Below are positions 8,782 to 18,740 of a stretch of 64,000 nt of DNA, one piece after another. The position numbers and the translations under genes were made by a program. Positions within the stretch are counted from its first letter, which is position 1. The number at the start of each line of letters is the position of its first letter. Below the pieces are notes generated by a model. That model was not told the origin of the DNA and searched no databases. It saw only the letters and a program-made list of their open reading frames with translations. Source of the DNA: Bacteroidota bacterium (GTDB taxonomy: Bacteria; Bacteroidota; Bacteroidia; JABEUT01); the NCBI GenBank assembly GCA_013285655.1, contig JABDHI010000004.1:7772-71771 (forward strand), read 5' to 3'.

Positions 8782-9564
8782 ATGAAGGTTGTGATTTTTG
8801 CAGGAGGAATTGGCTCCAGAATATCCGAAGAGTCTCATCTTAAGCCAAAGCCCATGATTGAGATAGGCGGGAAACCTATTTTATGGCATATAATGAAAAT
8901 ATACCAGGTTCAAGGATTTAATGATTTTGTTATATGTCTGGGGTATAAGGGATATATGATCAAAGAATATTTTATGAATTACTTCCTTCATAATTCTGAT
9001 ATTTCAATTGATATTAGCAATAATAAAGTTGAAGTGTTACAGGCCAGTGCCGAATCATTTAAGGTAACACTCGTTGATACAGGCATGTATACTCAAACAG
9101 CAGGCCGGCTTAAAAGGGTACAAGCCTATTTGAAGAATGAGCCATTTTTACTTACCTATGGCGATGGTCTTGCCGATGTAAGTATTAAAAAAACGATTGC
9201 TCTGCACGAAAAATCAGGGAAAGTGGCTACTGTTACAGCAATTCAACCAGCCGGACGCTTCGGGTCGTTAGAAATAGATGGTAAAACAAATAATGTGAAT
9301 AGCTTTATTGAGAAGCCTAGTGGAGATGGTTTCTGGGTTAATGGTGGTTACTTTGTTTTAGAGCCTGGTGTGTTTAAATATTTGCCTGACAATGCCGATA
9401 GTATTATGTGGGAAGATGAGCCTTTATATGCTTTATCAAAAGCATCCCAGTTAAGTGCGTATAAACATACAGGGTTCTGGAAATGCATGGATGCTATGCG
9501 TGATAGGACAGAGTTGGAGGAGTTATGGGAAAGTGGCAATGCCAAATGGAAGCTTTGGAAATGA
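8782..9564 (+). CDS. rfbF: glucose-1-phosphate cytidylyltransferase
   Basis: 260 aa. 'MKVVIFAGGIGSRISEESHLKPKPMIEIGGKPILWHIMKIY' and 'GGYFVLEP...FWKCMDAMRD' are characteristic of RfbF/DdhA. Confidence 0.85.
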   Translation: MKVVIFAGGIGSRISEESHLKPKPMIEIGGKPILWHIMKIYQVQGFNDFVICLGYKGYMIKEYFMNYFLHNSDISIDISNNKVEVLQASAESFKVTLVDTGMYTQTAGRLKRVQAYLKNEPFLLTYGDGLADVSIKKTIALHEKSGKVATVTAIQPAGRFGSLEIDGKTNNVNSFIEKPSGDGFWVNGGYFVLEPGVFKYLPDNADSIMWEDEPLYALSKASQLSAYKHTGFWKCMDAMRDRTELEELWESGNAKWKLWK

Positions 9565-10640
9565 GGCAGCTCTTCAATTCGATATACAAAAATAAAACTG
9601 TTCTTATAACGGGCGATACCGGTTTTAAAGGGTCGTGGCTTTCGTTATGGTTAATGCAGATGGGAGCGACTGTTATTGGTTATTCTATTGATGAAGGGAC
9701 AAAATCATCACATCATAAATTACTGAAACAAAAATATAAGAGTTATAGGGGTGATATTGGTGATCTAAAAAAACTTAATGCGGTTATAAAAAAACATAAG
9801 CCCCAAATAGTGTTCCACCTTGCAGCGCAATCATTAGTAATTGAATCGTACAAGAATCCGGTTGAAACGTACAGAACGAATGTAATAGGGACCTTAAATG
9901 TATTGGAAGCTTCGAGGAAAAGTGGTTCGGTTAAGGCAATAGTGAACGTTACTACTGATAAGGTATACGAGAACAATGAAACAACTAAAGCCTATAAAGA
10001 AACTGATCCATTAGGAGGGTTCGATATGTATAGCTCATCTAAGGCTTGTGTTGAAATTTTATCGGCTTCTTTTAAAAGAGCTTTTTTCAGTAAAGGAAAT
10101 ATTTTAGTAGCAACTGCACGTGCAGGTAATGTTATTGGTGGGGGTGATTGGGGAGAGAACAGGCTTATACCAGACCTGATAAAAGCTGCCTCTAAAAAGA
10201 AAAAGGCCCTCATTCGTAACCCTAAATCAGTAAGGCCTTGGCAATTTGTCCTGGAGCCTCTCTCAGGGTATTTATTGCTAGGACAAAGACTTTTGGAAGG
10301 GAAGAAAGAATATGCTGATGCATGGAATTTTGGCCCCAATAAAAAGGATTGTCTGTCAGTAATTGAGATTTTGATCTTGATGAAAAAAGGATGGGGGAAA
10401 ATTTCTCCTATACTTGCTGATCGTAAAACAGGAGAACACGAAGCAGCTATCTTAATGCTTGATCACTCGAAAGCTCATAGGCAGTTGAAGTGGCAGCCTG
10501 TATGGGGGATAGATAAAGCTGTTATGAGAACTTCAGCTTGGTATAAAGCATTTTATGCATCTGGTACTTTGTTGTCGTCTGCAAATCTCATTGAATACAT
10601 TGCCGATGCAAAACATAAAAAAATAATCTGGGCAAGGTGA
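9561..10640 (+). CDS. rfbG: CDP-glucose 4,6-dehydratase
   Basis: Extended SDR with 'VLITGDTGFKGSWL', 'TTDKVYEN' and 'YSSSKA'. The start ATG at 9561 overlaps the rfbF stop (ATGA). The tracked 9525 start is probably too long. Confidence 0.85.
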   Translation: MRQLFNSIYKNKTVLITGDTGFKGSWLSLWLMQMGATVIGYSIDEGTKSSHHKLLKQKYKSYRGDIGDLKKLNAVIKKHKPQIVFHLAAQSLVIESYKNPVETYRTNVIGTLNVLEASRKSGSVKAIVNVTTDKVYENNETTKAYKETDPLGGFDMYSSSKACVEILSASFKRAFFSKGNILVATARAGNVIGGGDWGENRLIPDLIKAASKKKKALIRNPKSVRPWQFVLEPLSGYLLLGQRLLEGKKEYADAWNFGPNKKDCLSVIEILILMKKGWGKISPILADRKTGEHEAAILMLDHSKAHRQLKWQPVWGIDKAVMRTSAWYKAFYASGTLLSSANLIEYIADAKHKKIIWAR

Positions 10641-11176
10641 GATTTACAGAAATATACCTGAAAGATGTTTATATTATTGATAGCAATAGTATAAGCGATG
10701 ATCGTGGTATGTTCTCTCGCGTGTTTTGCAAAAAGGAATTCTCCTCGATAGGGCATACAAAGGAATTCGTGCAGTTTAATCATTCAGTTAATAATGTTGC
10801 AGGCACTGTTAGAGGGATGCATTTCCAAAAAGCACCCCATGGCGAAATGAAACTTATAAGATGTATTAAAGGTGCTGCTTTTGATGTTGTAGTTGATGTT
10901 CGTCCTGAATCAAGCACCTATCTAAAATGGTATGGAGAAATATTAAGTGCTGAAAACAGGAAAAGTATATACATACCCGAAGGATTTGCTCACGGTTTTC
11001 AAACTCTTGAAGCTAATACGGAATTACTCTATCATCATACTGAATATTATGCTCCTGAATTTGAAAGTGGGTTAAATGCTTTAGATTTAGAAATTGGAAT
11101 AAAGTGGCCGATCCGGGTTTCTATGATCTCGGAGAAGGATAAGAATATAGGAATGATTAAAGATAAGCAGAGATAA
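10637..11176 (+). CDS. NDP-4-keto-6-deoxyhexose 3,5-(or 5-)epimerase, RfbC/RmlC cupin family
   Basis: 179 aa. RmlC-type motifs: 'DDRGMFSRVF', 'VRGMHFQ', 'KLIRCIKGAAFDVVVDVR', 'IPEGFAHGFQTL', 'IKWP'. The GTG start overlaps the rfbG stop. Confidence 0.8.
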   Translation: MRFTEIYLKDVYIIDSNSISDDRGMFSRVFCKKEFSSIGHTKEFVQFNHSVNNVAGTVRGMHFQKAPHGEMKLIRCIKGAAFDVVVDVRPESSTYLKWYGEILSAENRKSIYIPEGFAHGFQTLEANTELLYHHTEYYAPEFESGLNALDLEIGIKWPIRVSMISEKDKNIGMIKDKQR

Positions 11177-11177
11177 T

Positions 11178-12404
11178 ATGAATTGCAGGTTTTGTAATGC
11201 GGTATTAAAGACTGTATTTATTGATCTAGGTGAAGCACCTCCGTCTAATTCATTCTTAAGCGCTGCTGATGTTTCTAAACCGGAAGCAAAATACCCGTTG
11301 AAGGTATTTGTTTGTGAAAGTTGTTTCTTGGTTCAAATAGCTGAGTTTAAGAAAGCGATTGAGATATTTAGTAATGAGTATGCTTATTTTTCATCGTATT
11401 CCACTACGTGGCTTGCTCATGTTAAAAAGTATGCCGATGAAATGATTGAAAGATTCGGCTTTGGTGCTAAGTCGAAAGTAGTGGAAATTGCCAGTAACGA
11501 TGGTTATTTATTACAATACTTTAAGCACAAGAATATTCCTGTGTTAGGTATTGAACCAACAGGGAATACAGCAAAAGTGGCTATAGAAAAAAGTATAAAT
11601 ACAATAGTTGATTTTTTTGGGGTTAAACTGGCAAAGGAACTGATAGAAAAGGGAATAAAAGCAGATTTGTTATTAGGTAATAATGTACTTGCCCATGTGC
11701 CTGATATTAATGATTTTGTAGAAGGGTTGAAGGTATTGCTGGCTGATAATGGGGTGATTACTATGGAGTTTCCTCATTTAGCTCAATTGGTAGCTAATAA
11801 TCAGTTCGATACCATTTATCATGAGCATTTTTCGTATTTGTCATTCAGTGTGGTTTGTAAAATATTTGCTAAACATGATTTGGCGATGTTCGATGTAGAT
11901 GAGTTGTCTACACATGGAGGATCCTTGCGGATTTATGCAAAGCACAAAGGTGATTCATCAAAACAAATAGGACAAAGGGTGCAAGTGTTATTGGATAAAG
12001 AAGATAAGTTAGGAGTAAATTCGGTAGCTTATTATAAAGATTTTCAAAAAAGGACTGAAGCAATTAAGGCGATTTTCGTTAAGTTTTTAAACGATTGTAA
12101 AATAAAGGGAAAAAGGGTGGTGGCATATGGTGCCGCTGCTAAAGGAAATACGCTATTAAATTATTGTGGTGTTACCAGTGAGTCTATTTCACTTGTAGTA
12201 GATGCTTCACCCCATAAGCAAGGTAAGTATTTACCAGGCAGCAAAATTCCAGTGGTTTCGGAACAAGAATTAAAGGATTTAAGGCCTGATTTTGTAATAA
12301 TACTTCCATGGAATATAAAGGAAGAGATAATTAATCAATTGTCGTATATTCGGGGCTGGAATGGGCAATTTGTTGTCGCTATTCCTGAATTTCAGTTGCT
12401 ATGA
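11178..12404 (+). CDS. NDP-hexose C-methyltransferase (TylCIII-like, SAM-dependent, N-terminal zinc ribbon)
   Basis: 408 aa. N-terminal 'CRFC...CESC' ribbon, a SAM-binding region 'VVEIASNDGYLL', and a C-terminal C-methyltransferase-type domain. Confidence 0.7.
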   Translation: MNCRFCNAVLKTVFIDLGEAPPSNSFLSAADVSKPEAKYPLKVFVCESCFLVQIAEFKKAIEIFSNEYAYFSSYSTTWLAHVKKYADEMIERFGFGAKSKVVEIASNDGYLLQYFKHKNIPVLGIEPTGNTAKVAIEKSINTIVDFFGVKLAKELIEKGIKADLLLGNNVLAHVPDINDFVEGLKVLLADNGVITMEFPHLAQLVANNQFDTIYHEHFSYLSFSVVCKIFAKHDLAMFDVDELSTHGGSLRIYAKHKGDSSKQIGQRVQVLLDKEDKLGVNSVAYYKDFQKRTEAIKAIFVKFLNDCKIKGKRVVAYGAAAKGNTLLNYCGVTSESISLVVDASPHKQGKYLPGSKIPVVSEQELKDLRPDFVIILPWNIKEEIINQLSYIRGWNGQFVVAIPEFQLL

Positions 12405-13522
12405 AAGATATATTGAGCAAAAAAATACCTATCAATAAGCCTTCCATTACTGACCTTGAAATTTCTTATGTAAATGATGCAATAAGGAACGGATGGGGTG
12501 AGAAGTGCTATGAGTACATCCATAAGTTTGAAAAGGCCTTTTCTGGCTATCTGGGGTCAAAACATGCCCTTGCTACGGCCTCTTGCACTGGTGCCATCCA
12601 TTTAGCTTTAATGGCATTAGGTATAAAATCAGGCGACGAGGTAATTATACCTGAAATTACGTGGATTGCTAGTGTTGAACCTGTGTTATATATTGGCGCA
12701 AAACCGGTTTTTGTTGATGTGTTAAAGGATACATGGTGTATTGACCCTCAAAAAATACGTGAGTCAATTACATCAAAAACTAAAGCAATAATTGTGGTTC
12801 ACGTTTATGGCAATATTTGCGATATGGACGAGATTATGAAGATTGCGAAGGAGTATAATCTAATAGTTATTGAGGATGCAGCTGAAGGCTTAGGCTCAGT
12901 GTATAAAGGAAATAAGTTAGGTAGTATAGGTCATGCCGGTGTTTTTTCATTTCATGGCACCAAAACTTTATCAACAGGTGAAGGCGGAATGCTAGTTACC
13001 AATGATGCTGCCATATACGAGCGTGCTAAAATACTAAATGACCATGGACGAAACCCCAAAGATGGTAAGACATTTTGGATGAAAGAGTATGGCTATAAAT
13101 ACAAAATATCTAATTTACAGGCCGCTATGGGCTTGGCTCAAACGGAAAGAATAAAAGACCTTGTTGAGAAGAAAAGACAGATTTATTCATGGTACGCTGA
13201 TATACTAAAGGGTATTCAATGTAAAATGAACCCTGAACATACCGATACTTTAAATAGCTATTGGTTGCCTACAGTTGTATTTGATAAGGTTTTGAATTTT
13301 GATAGAGAAGCTTTTTTTACTTTTATGAAAGCGAATAACGTTGACAGCCGCCCTTTTTTTTACCCGTTATCATCTCTTCCAATGTTTAAGTCTGTTGAGT
13401 CTAATAAGGTGGCTTATGATATTTATGAAAGGGGAATTAATCTGCCCAGTTATCATGATATGTCCGAAGATACAGTTAAAGAGGTATGCCAGTTTATTAT
13501 GCATTTTTTAAGAGGGGTGTAG
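12401..13522 (+). CDS. DegT/DnrJ/EryC1/StrS-family PLP-dependent sugar aminotransferase
   Basis: 373 aa. 'SCTGAIHLALMALGI', 'IEDAAEGLGS' and 'SFHGTKTLSTGEGGM'. The Lys is retained, so this is an aminotransferase rather than an E1-type dehydrase. ATGA overlap with the upstream gene. Confidence 0.85.
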   Translation: MKDILSKKIPINKPSITDLEISYVNDAIRNGWGEKCYEYIHKFEKAFSGYLGSKHALATASCTGAIHLALMALGIKSGDEVIIPEITWIASVEPVLYIGAKPVFVDVLKDTWCIDPQKIRESITSKTKAIIVVHVYGNICDMDEIMKIAKEYNLIVIEDAAEGLGSVYKGNKLGSIGHAGVFSFHGTKTLSTGEGGMLVTNDAAIYERAKILNDHGRNPKDGKTFWMKEYGYKYKISNLQAAMGLAQTERIKDLVEKKRQIYSWYADILKGIQCKMNPEHTDTLNSYWLPTVVFDKVLNFDREAFFTFMKANNVDSRPFFYPLSSLPMFKSVESNKVAYDIYERGINLPSYHDMSEDTVKEVCQFIMHFLRGV

Positions 13523-13533
13523 ATATATTGAAG

Positions 13534-14553
13534 ATGGAGCAAGAAAATAGTAACTCATCAAAAGTAATTTCTGACTATAAATGTGTGGTTTGCGGAGAGG
13601 CTGAAATGGAGTATGTGTTGCATGTACCCAATGTAAACTTTTCAAAGAAAATAACCCAATTCGATATTATTAGGTGCAAGCATTGCGGGCTGGCGAGTAT
13701 GTACCCGTTCCCTAAAAAGGAAGATATTGAAGAGATATATAATACCGAGAATGTTTTTTCGAAGGATATTTCAGATACTACTAATAAAAAAAAGTGGGGT
13801 GCTTCATTTTTTGAACCTGCTTATGCACGATATGGAACTTATTACCATTATATAGCAAAAAAATGCGTAAATCTTTCAGGAAAAAGGCCTGAAGACTTAC
13901 GAATACTGGATGTTGGATGCAGCACAGGCAGGTTGCTGAAAGAATTTAACAGAATTGTGCCTAAAGCAGATATTCAGGGGATTGAAATTGACCCGGATGC
14001 TAAGAATAAGGCATTTAATGAGGTAAAGGATAGAATAACTATTGGTAATTTTCTAGAGCAGGAGTATAAAGACAAGTTTGATATAATAACCTTTTGTTTT
14101 GTGGTTGAGCATCTACCTAATGTTGATGATTACATTAAAAAAGCAGAAAAGCTATTGAATGAGGATGGCATACTCTTTTACTCGAGTCCTGATATAGGTT
14201 CGCGCAAGGCCTTACAATTGAAGAGCAAATGGAGATTAATAAATGATCCTATAAATAAGCACGGGCACGTTATTTGGTTCAATAAAAAATCAGCCTGCTA
14301 TCTGGCAAATAAAAATAATCTTGAGGTTGTTCATTATAAGAACAGGGGTGAATTTATTTATCAGTTACCCATTTTCTTACAAAAAGCAATGAAATTTCTC
14401 TTTGGTTCAGTTCAATCGCCTAACGGGGAAGTAAGAGTTATTAAAAATTATCAATTGCGAATGATGTATGCTTTGCTTTTTGATGCTTTGCTACCTGAAA
14501 TATTTAGCTGGGGAGATTCTTTTTACTTATTTGCCAAAAAGAAACCGCAATGA
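13534..14553 (+). CDS. class I SAM-dependent methyltransferase with N-terminal Cys4 ribbon
   Basis: 'CVVCG...CKHCG' ribbon and SAM motif I 'ILDVGCSTGRLL'. ATG at 13534 preferred over the tracked 13486. Confidence 0.75.
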   Translation: MEQENSNSSKVISDYKCVVCGEAEMEYVLHVPNVNFSKKITQFDIIRCKHCGLASMYPFPKKEDIEEIYNTENVFSKDISDTTNKKKWGASFFEPAYARYGTYYHYIAKKCVNLSGKRPEDLRILDVGCSTGRLLKEFNRIVPKADIQGIEIDPDAKNKAFNEVKDRITIGNFLEQEYKDKFDIITFCFVVEHLPNVDDYIKKAEKLLNEDGILFYSSPDIGSRKALQLKSKWRLINDPINKHGHVIWFNKKSACYLANKNNLEVVHYKNRGEFIYQLPIFLQKAMKFLFGSVQSPNGEVRVIKNYQLRMMYALLFDALLPEIFSWGDSFYLFAKKKPQ

Positions 14554-15737
14554 AAACAAAGGCCTTAATATTAGGTGGTGGAGTATGGCAACTAGATATT
14601 ATTAAAAAGGCCAAATTAATGGGCTTTCATGTTATAGTAGCCGATATTTCATCAAGTTCTCCAGGGAAGGATATTGCGGATGAATTTTTATGTATCGATA
14701 CAAATGATAAAGAAGGTTTGTTAATGTATGCTAAAGAAAAGAGTGTGAAAATTGTTATAGGCGAGCAAACTGACAGGGTTGTACCAATAGCAGCATATTT
14801 AAACGAACAATTGAGCTTAAACGCAGGTATTAAGCCTGAGATTGCCAAAAGGTTTACTGATAAGTTTTTAATGCATGAGGTATTAAAAGAAAATGGCATT
14901 AGAGTTCATGAATATCAAAAAATATCTACTATACAAGAAGCTAAATTGTTTGGAGAAAAATATGGATATCCTTTAATAATTAAACCTATATCCTCCCAAT
15001 CTTCTCTAGGGGTTTTTAAGATAGATTCCCCTGACCAGTTAGGAGAGCATCTTGCTCAAACTATGAAGTATTCTGACGATGGTTGTGTATTAGTGGAGCA
15101 ATTTGTTAGGGGGACTGAATTAACTGTTGAAGGTATTAGTATTGATAGTATTGCTTATCCACTGGCTGTTTCAGAAAAGGAACATTTTAAGTATAATGAA
15201 TGCGTGGCTAAGAAGATTATTTATCCTCCAGCCTATAACGATGTTCAAATTGCCGGAATATCTGGTTATATAAAGACTGTAGTTGAGACATTGGGATTGG
15301 TTAACGGTATATTTCATGCAGAACTTAAGTATTTTAATGGAGAGGCCTTTTTGTTGGAAGTAGCTGCCCGGGGAGGAGGACATAAAATAGCATCGATAAT
15401 AGCACCTTTTGTAAGTGGAGTTGATATATACGAATGCTTTATTAAGAGCGTGAATAAGGAAAAAGTAAATATACCTGTTGGCATAAATAGATCAGCCATG
15501 TTGGGTTTTTTTGATTTAAAACCCGGCCGGGTTAAAAAGATTAACGGACTTGAAGAAATAAGGCAAAATAAAAACGTGTACGAGGTTAAGCTAAGATTTA
15601 AAGAAGGCGATGAAATTAAAGAGGCCTCAGATGATACAAATAGGCTCGGGTATTATATTTTAATGGCTAAGGAGCGGGATGAAGTAATTGAATTAGATAG
15701 GTTTGTAAATTCGACCTTACAAATTGAGTATTTTTAG
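14550..15737 (+). CDS. ATP-grasp domain carboxylate-amine ligase
   Basis: 395 aa. 'YPLIIKPISSQSSLGV', 'VLVEQFVRGTELTVEG' and 'FHAELKYFNGEAFLLEVAARGGG' are typical ATP-grasp elements. ATGA overlap with the upstream gene. Confidence 0.75.
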   Translation: MKTKALILGGGVWQLDIIKKAKLMGFHVIVADISSSSPGKDIADEFLCIDTNDKEGLLMYAKEKSVKIVIGEQTDRVVPIAAYLNEQLSLNAGIKPEIAKRFTDKFLMHEVLKENGIRVHEYQKISTIQEAKLFGEKYGYPLIIKPISSQSSLGVFKIDSPDQLGEHLAQTMKYSDDGCVLVEQFVRGTELTVEGISIDSIAYPLAVSEKEHFKYNECVAKKIIYPPAYNDVQIAGISGYIKTVVETLGLVNGIFHAELKYFNGEAFLLEVAARGGGHKIASIIAPFVSGVDIYECFIKSVNKEKVNIPVGINRSAMLGFFDLKPGRVKKINGLEEIRQNKNVYEVKLRFKEGDEIKEASDDTNRLGYYILMAKERDEVIELDRFVNSTLQIEYF

Positions 15738-15744
15738 AACGTAT

Positions 15745-16479
15745 ATGAAATATTTCGACTCGCACATACATATAACAGAACCTTCGCTCGAAGGTATTGA
15801 AGCACTGTTAAAACATATGGATGACCAAAAAAATATGGTAGGTGGGGTATTAATATTAAATACCATGGAAGAGGTAGAGGTTGTTTCGATGAACTTGAAT
15901 AAAATCCCTGATAATTTGGTTATTGTCCCTTATTATAATATGCCGGATAATTATCCCGAGCGCATAAAACAATCAAAATGGGTAAAAATCCATTCACGTA
16001 TATCTAGGCTAACTGTTTCTGACATACCAGGTGTAATAAGCTTATTAAAATCCAAAGGCGACTCTATAGCAGGTTTTATAGTGGATTCTTTTCCATGGGG
16101 TACAGGAATTGAGTATAATATTAGTCTTCCATTAACTATTAAACTGGCAACGGAGTTTCCCGATAAGAGTGTTTTAGTTGCTCATGGTGGGGGGTACGAA
16201 TCATGGCAGTTTAGAGCGCATGCCGGTGGGTTAAAGAATGTTTTTTTTGACTTTGCTATCAGCACCAAGTATTATGAAGATACTGAATATATGAAACCAT
16301 TAGCTAAATATTTAAAACATAGCCCCGAAAGAGTTGTGTTTGGTACTGACTGGCCATTTGGAGAAGCAAAACAGCATATAAAAGAGTACCAAAAGATGGC
16401 CGATATAGCTTTAATGAAGCAAGAAGATTTAGAAAGGATAATGCTGGAGAATTCGCGTAAATTATGGAACTTAAAGTAA
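15745..16479 (+). CDS. amidohydrolase-family metal-dependent hydrolase (TIM barrel)
   Basis: N-terminal 'FDSHIHI' metal-binding HxH motif. Later 'VAHGGG' and 'FGTDWPF'. ATG at 15745 preferred over the tracked TTG at 15724. Confidence 0.65.
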   Translation: MKYFDSHIHITEPSLEGIEALLKHMDDQKNMVGGVLILNTMEEVEVVSMNLNKIPDNLVIVPYYNMPDNYPERIKQSKWVKIHSRISRLTVSDIPGVISLLKSKGDSIAGFIVDSFPWGTGIEYNISLPLTIKLATEFPDKSVLVAHGGGYESWQFRAHAGGLKNVFFDFAISTKYYEDTEYMKPLAKYLKHSPERVVFGTDWPFGEAKQHIKEYQKMADIALMKQEDLERIMLENSRKLWNLK

Positions 16480-16504
16480 CTGAAGATTATATTTTTTAAG
16501 ATCA

Positions 16505-17179
16505 ATGGAGTTATCAGAAGAAGATAAGCAAGAAGTGCAAAATAGATATACCAACCGTTTTAAGGAATTTGGTTATTCTCCAAAATCTCTTGGATGGAAT
16601 AAAGGAAAACAGGATATCCGCTTTGATATACTTACATCGCAATATAATTTTGAAAATAAGCGGGTACTTGATATAGGATGTGGTTTTGGTGATTTGAATT
16701 TGGTTTTATCAAGGAAAGCAAAAAAATATTCGTACTGCGGAATTGATATGGTTGACGTATTGATTCAAAAAGGGAAAGAGATATACCAAAAAGATGATAT
16801 AGCGTTCCATACTGGTGATTTTTTATCTCATTCATTTGATGGTTCTTTTGATTATGCAATAGCATCTGGCATATTTAATTTTAAATTGAAGGATGAAGAC
16901 AATTATGTTTACGTTGAAAATGTTATAAAAAAAACTTTGGAAAAATGTAGGGATGGGCTGGCCTTTGATTTTATTTCTGATAAAGTAAACTTTAAGCAAG
17001 AGGGTAATTTTAATAACAGTCCTGAAAAAATACTTTCAATTGCATATAAATATTCTCGAAATATCATACTAAGGAACGATTATATGCCATTTGAGTTTAG
17101 TATTTTTATAAATAAAGATGATTCCTTTTCAAATGACGATACGGTTTTTAATCATTATAAAAATAAAGGTCTGATTTAG
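16505..17179 (+). CDS. class I SAM-dependent methyltransferase
   Basis: 224 aa. SAM motif I 'VLDIGCGFGDL'. Confidence 0.7.
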   Translation: MELSEEDKQEVQNRYTNRFKEFGYSPKSLGWNKGKQDIRFDILTSQYNFENKRVLDIGCGFGDLNLVLSRKAKKYSYCGIDMVDVLIQKGKEIYQKDDIAFHTGDFLSHSFDGSFDYAIASGIFNFKLKDEDNYVYVENVIKKTLEKCRDGLAFDFISDKVNFKQEGNFNNSPEKILSIAYKYSRNIILRNDYMPFEFSIFINKDDSFSNDDTVFNHYKNKGLI

Positions 17180-17202
17180 TAATAATAAATTTGTAATAAA
17201 TA

Positions 17203-18003
17203 ATGCAACCATTAGTTAGTGTAGGCATACCCACATACAATAGACCTAAAAGTCTAAGAAAAGCACTTGAAAGTATAACGTCTCAGACATACCAAAATTT
17301 AGAAATTATAGTTTCCGATAATGGCTCACCTACTAATGAAGTTGAGCAGATAGTGGAAGAATTTAAGAAAAAGGACAATAGAATTCAATTCTATAGACAA
17401 GCTAAGAACATGGGACCTGGGTTTAACTTCAGGTTTGTTTTAGATAAGGCAAGTGCTGATTATTTTATGTGGGCTGCCGATGATGACTTCAGAGCTCCAG
17501 ATTGTATTGAGTTTTATGTCAATAATATTGGTACCGCAAGCGCTTTTTTTTCAACCTATGCAGTTTTTAACGCGGAAAATAATGATTTCATAATTGAAGA
17601 CAGCATTCCCTTATTAACTGGTATTAACACCAAGAATGATTTAAAGGCATTTATGAGGAAATTATGCCCTTCTATGATTTATGGTTTTTTTATTAAGAAG
17701 AATCTAATGCAGCTTCATAAGGATATGGATTTTGATTGGTCTGATTGTTTTTTTTTGATTAAATATATCAGAATGTTTGGGTTTAAAACCAGTATCGATA
17801 AACAACCCCGATATTATGCCGGTATTAATGGATTAGATTATATTGCTAAGCCAGCTAATGGGAAATATTTAAACCCCTGGAAGTATTTTTTTAAATCACT
17901 GCCATTCATTATTCCATTAGGCTATTCTTTTTATAAAAGGCATTTTAATATGTGTCTGAATGCATGGAGAAATCGAGATGTTTTGGCTAGCAAAATAATG
18001 TGA
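17203..18003 (+). CDS. glycosyltransferase family 2
   Basis: 'VSVGIPTYNRPKSLRKALESITSQTYQNLEIIVSDNGS' and 'AADDD' (DxD-like). Confidence 0.85.
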   Translation: MQPLVSVGIPTYNRPKSLRKALESITSQTYQNLEIIVSDNGSPTNEVEQIVEEFKKKDNRIQFYRQAKNMGPGFNFRFVLDKASADYFMWAADDDFRAPDCIEFYVNNIGTASAFFSTYAVFNAENNDFIIEDSIPLLTGINTKNDLKAFMRKLCPSMIYGFFIKKNLMQLHKDMDFDWSDCFFLIKYIRMFGFKTSIDKQPRYYAGINGLDYIAKPANGKYLNPWKYFFKSLPFIIPLGYSFYKRHFNMCLNAWRNRDVLASKIM

Positions 18004-18050
18004 TTCGAATAAATATTTAATTTATAATGTTCATTTAATATAATTTGGAT

Positions 18051-18740
18051 ATGCGGCATTTGTTTAAGAAAGCAGGGGGAAAATGGGAGAAAAAATCTTA
18101 TTCTCAATCAGGGGAGGACTTGATAGTAAAATTTATTTTCGATTTGATAGAAATCAAGTCACCTACGTATATTGATATAGGAGCGCACCACCCTTTTTAT
18201 TATAATAATACAGCTATATTGTATGAAACAGGTTCGCATGGTATTAATATTGAACCTAATCCTCAAATATTTCCTGAGTTTTTAAAGTACAGAAAGCGGG
18301 ATGTGAATTTGAACTGTGGTGTCGGGACTGAATCAGGGGAATTAATGTTTAATATATTAAATCCACCAACTTTAAGTACTTTTTCAGACGATGAGGCTAA
18401 TAAAATGACAAAGGAGTATAACTTTAAAATAGTTAATAGAATTCCAATAAAAGTTGAAACAGTAAGTGATATTCTTAAGCAGCATTTTAATAATCGCTTC
18501 CCTGATTTTTTGAATATAGATGCTGAAGGATTGGACGAGAGTATTATTACCTCTATTAATTTTGAGTTAAATAAACCAATCGTAATTTGCTTGGAAACAA
18601 TGTCTTATTCGGAAAATGGAACTGGTGAGAAAAACACCAAGGTTATTGATTTAATAATATCTAAAGGCTATATGGTTTTTGCAGATACGTATCTTAACAC
18701 GATTTTTATATTAAAGGAAAAATGGTTAAGAAAACAGTAA
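18051..18740 (+). CDS. FkbM-family methyltransferase
   Basis: 'YIDIGAHHPFYYNNT', 'NCGVGTESGEL' and 'FLNIDAEGLDE' are FkbM-type motifs. ATG at 18051 preferred over the tracked TTG at 18045. Confidence 0.7.
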   Translation: MRHLFKKAGGKWEKKSYSQSGEDLIVKFIFDLIEIKSPTYIDIGAHHPFYYNNTAILYETGSHGINIEPNPQIFPEFLKYRKRDVNLNCGVGTESGELMFNILNPPTLSTFSDDEANKMTKEYNFKIVNRIPIKVETVSDILKQHFNNRFPDFLNIDAEGLDESIITSINFELNKPIVICLETMSYSENGTGEKNTKVIDLIISKGYMVFADTYLNTIFILKEKWLRKQ

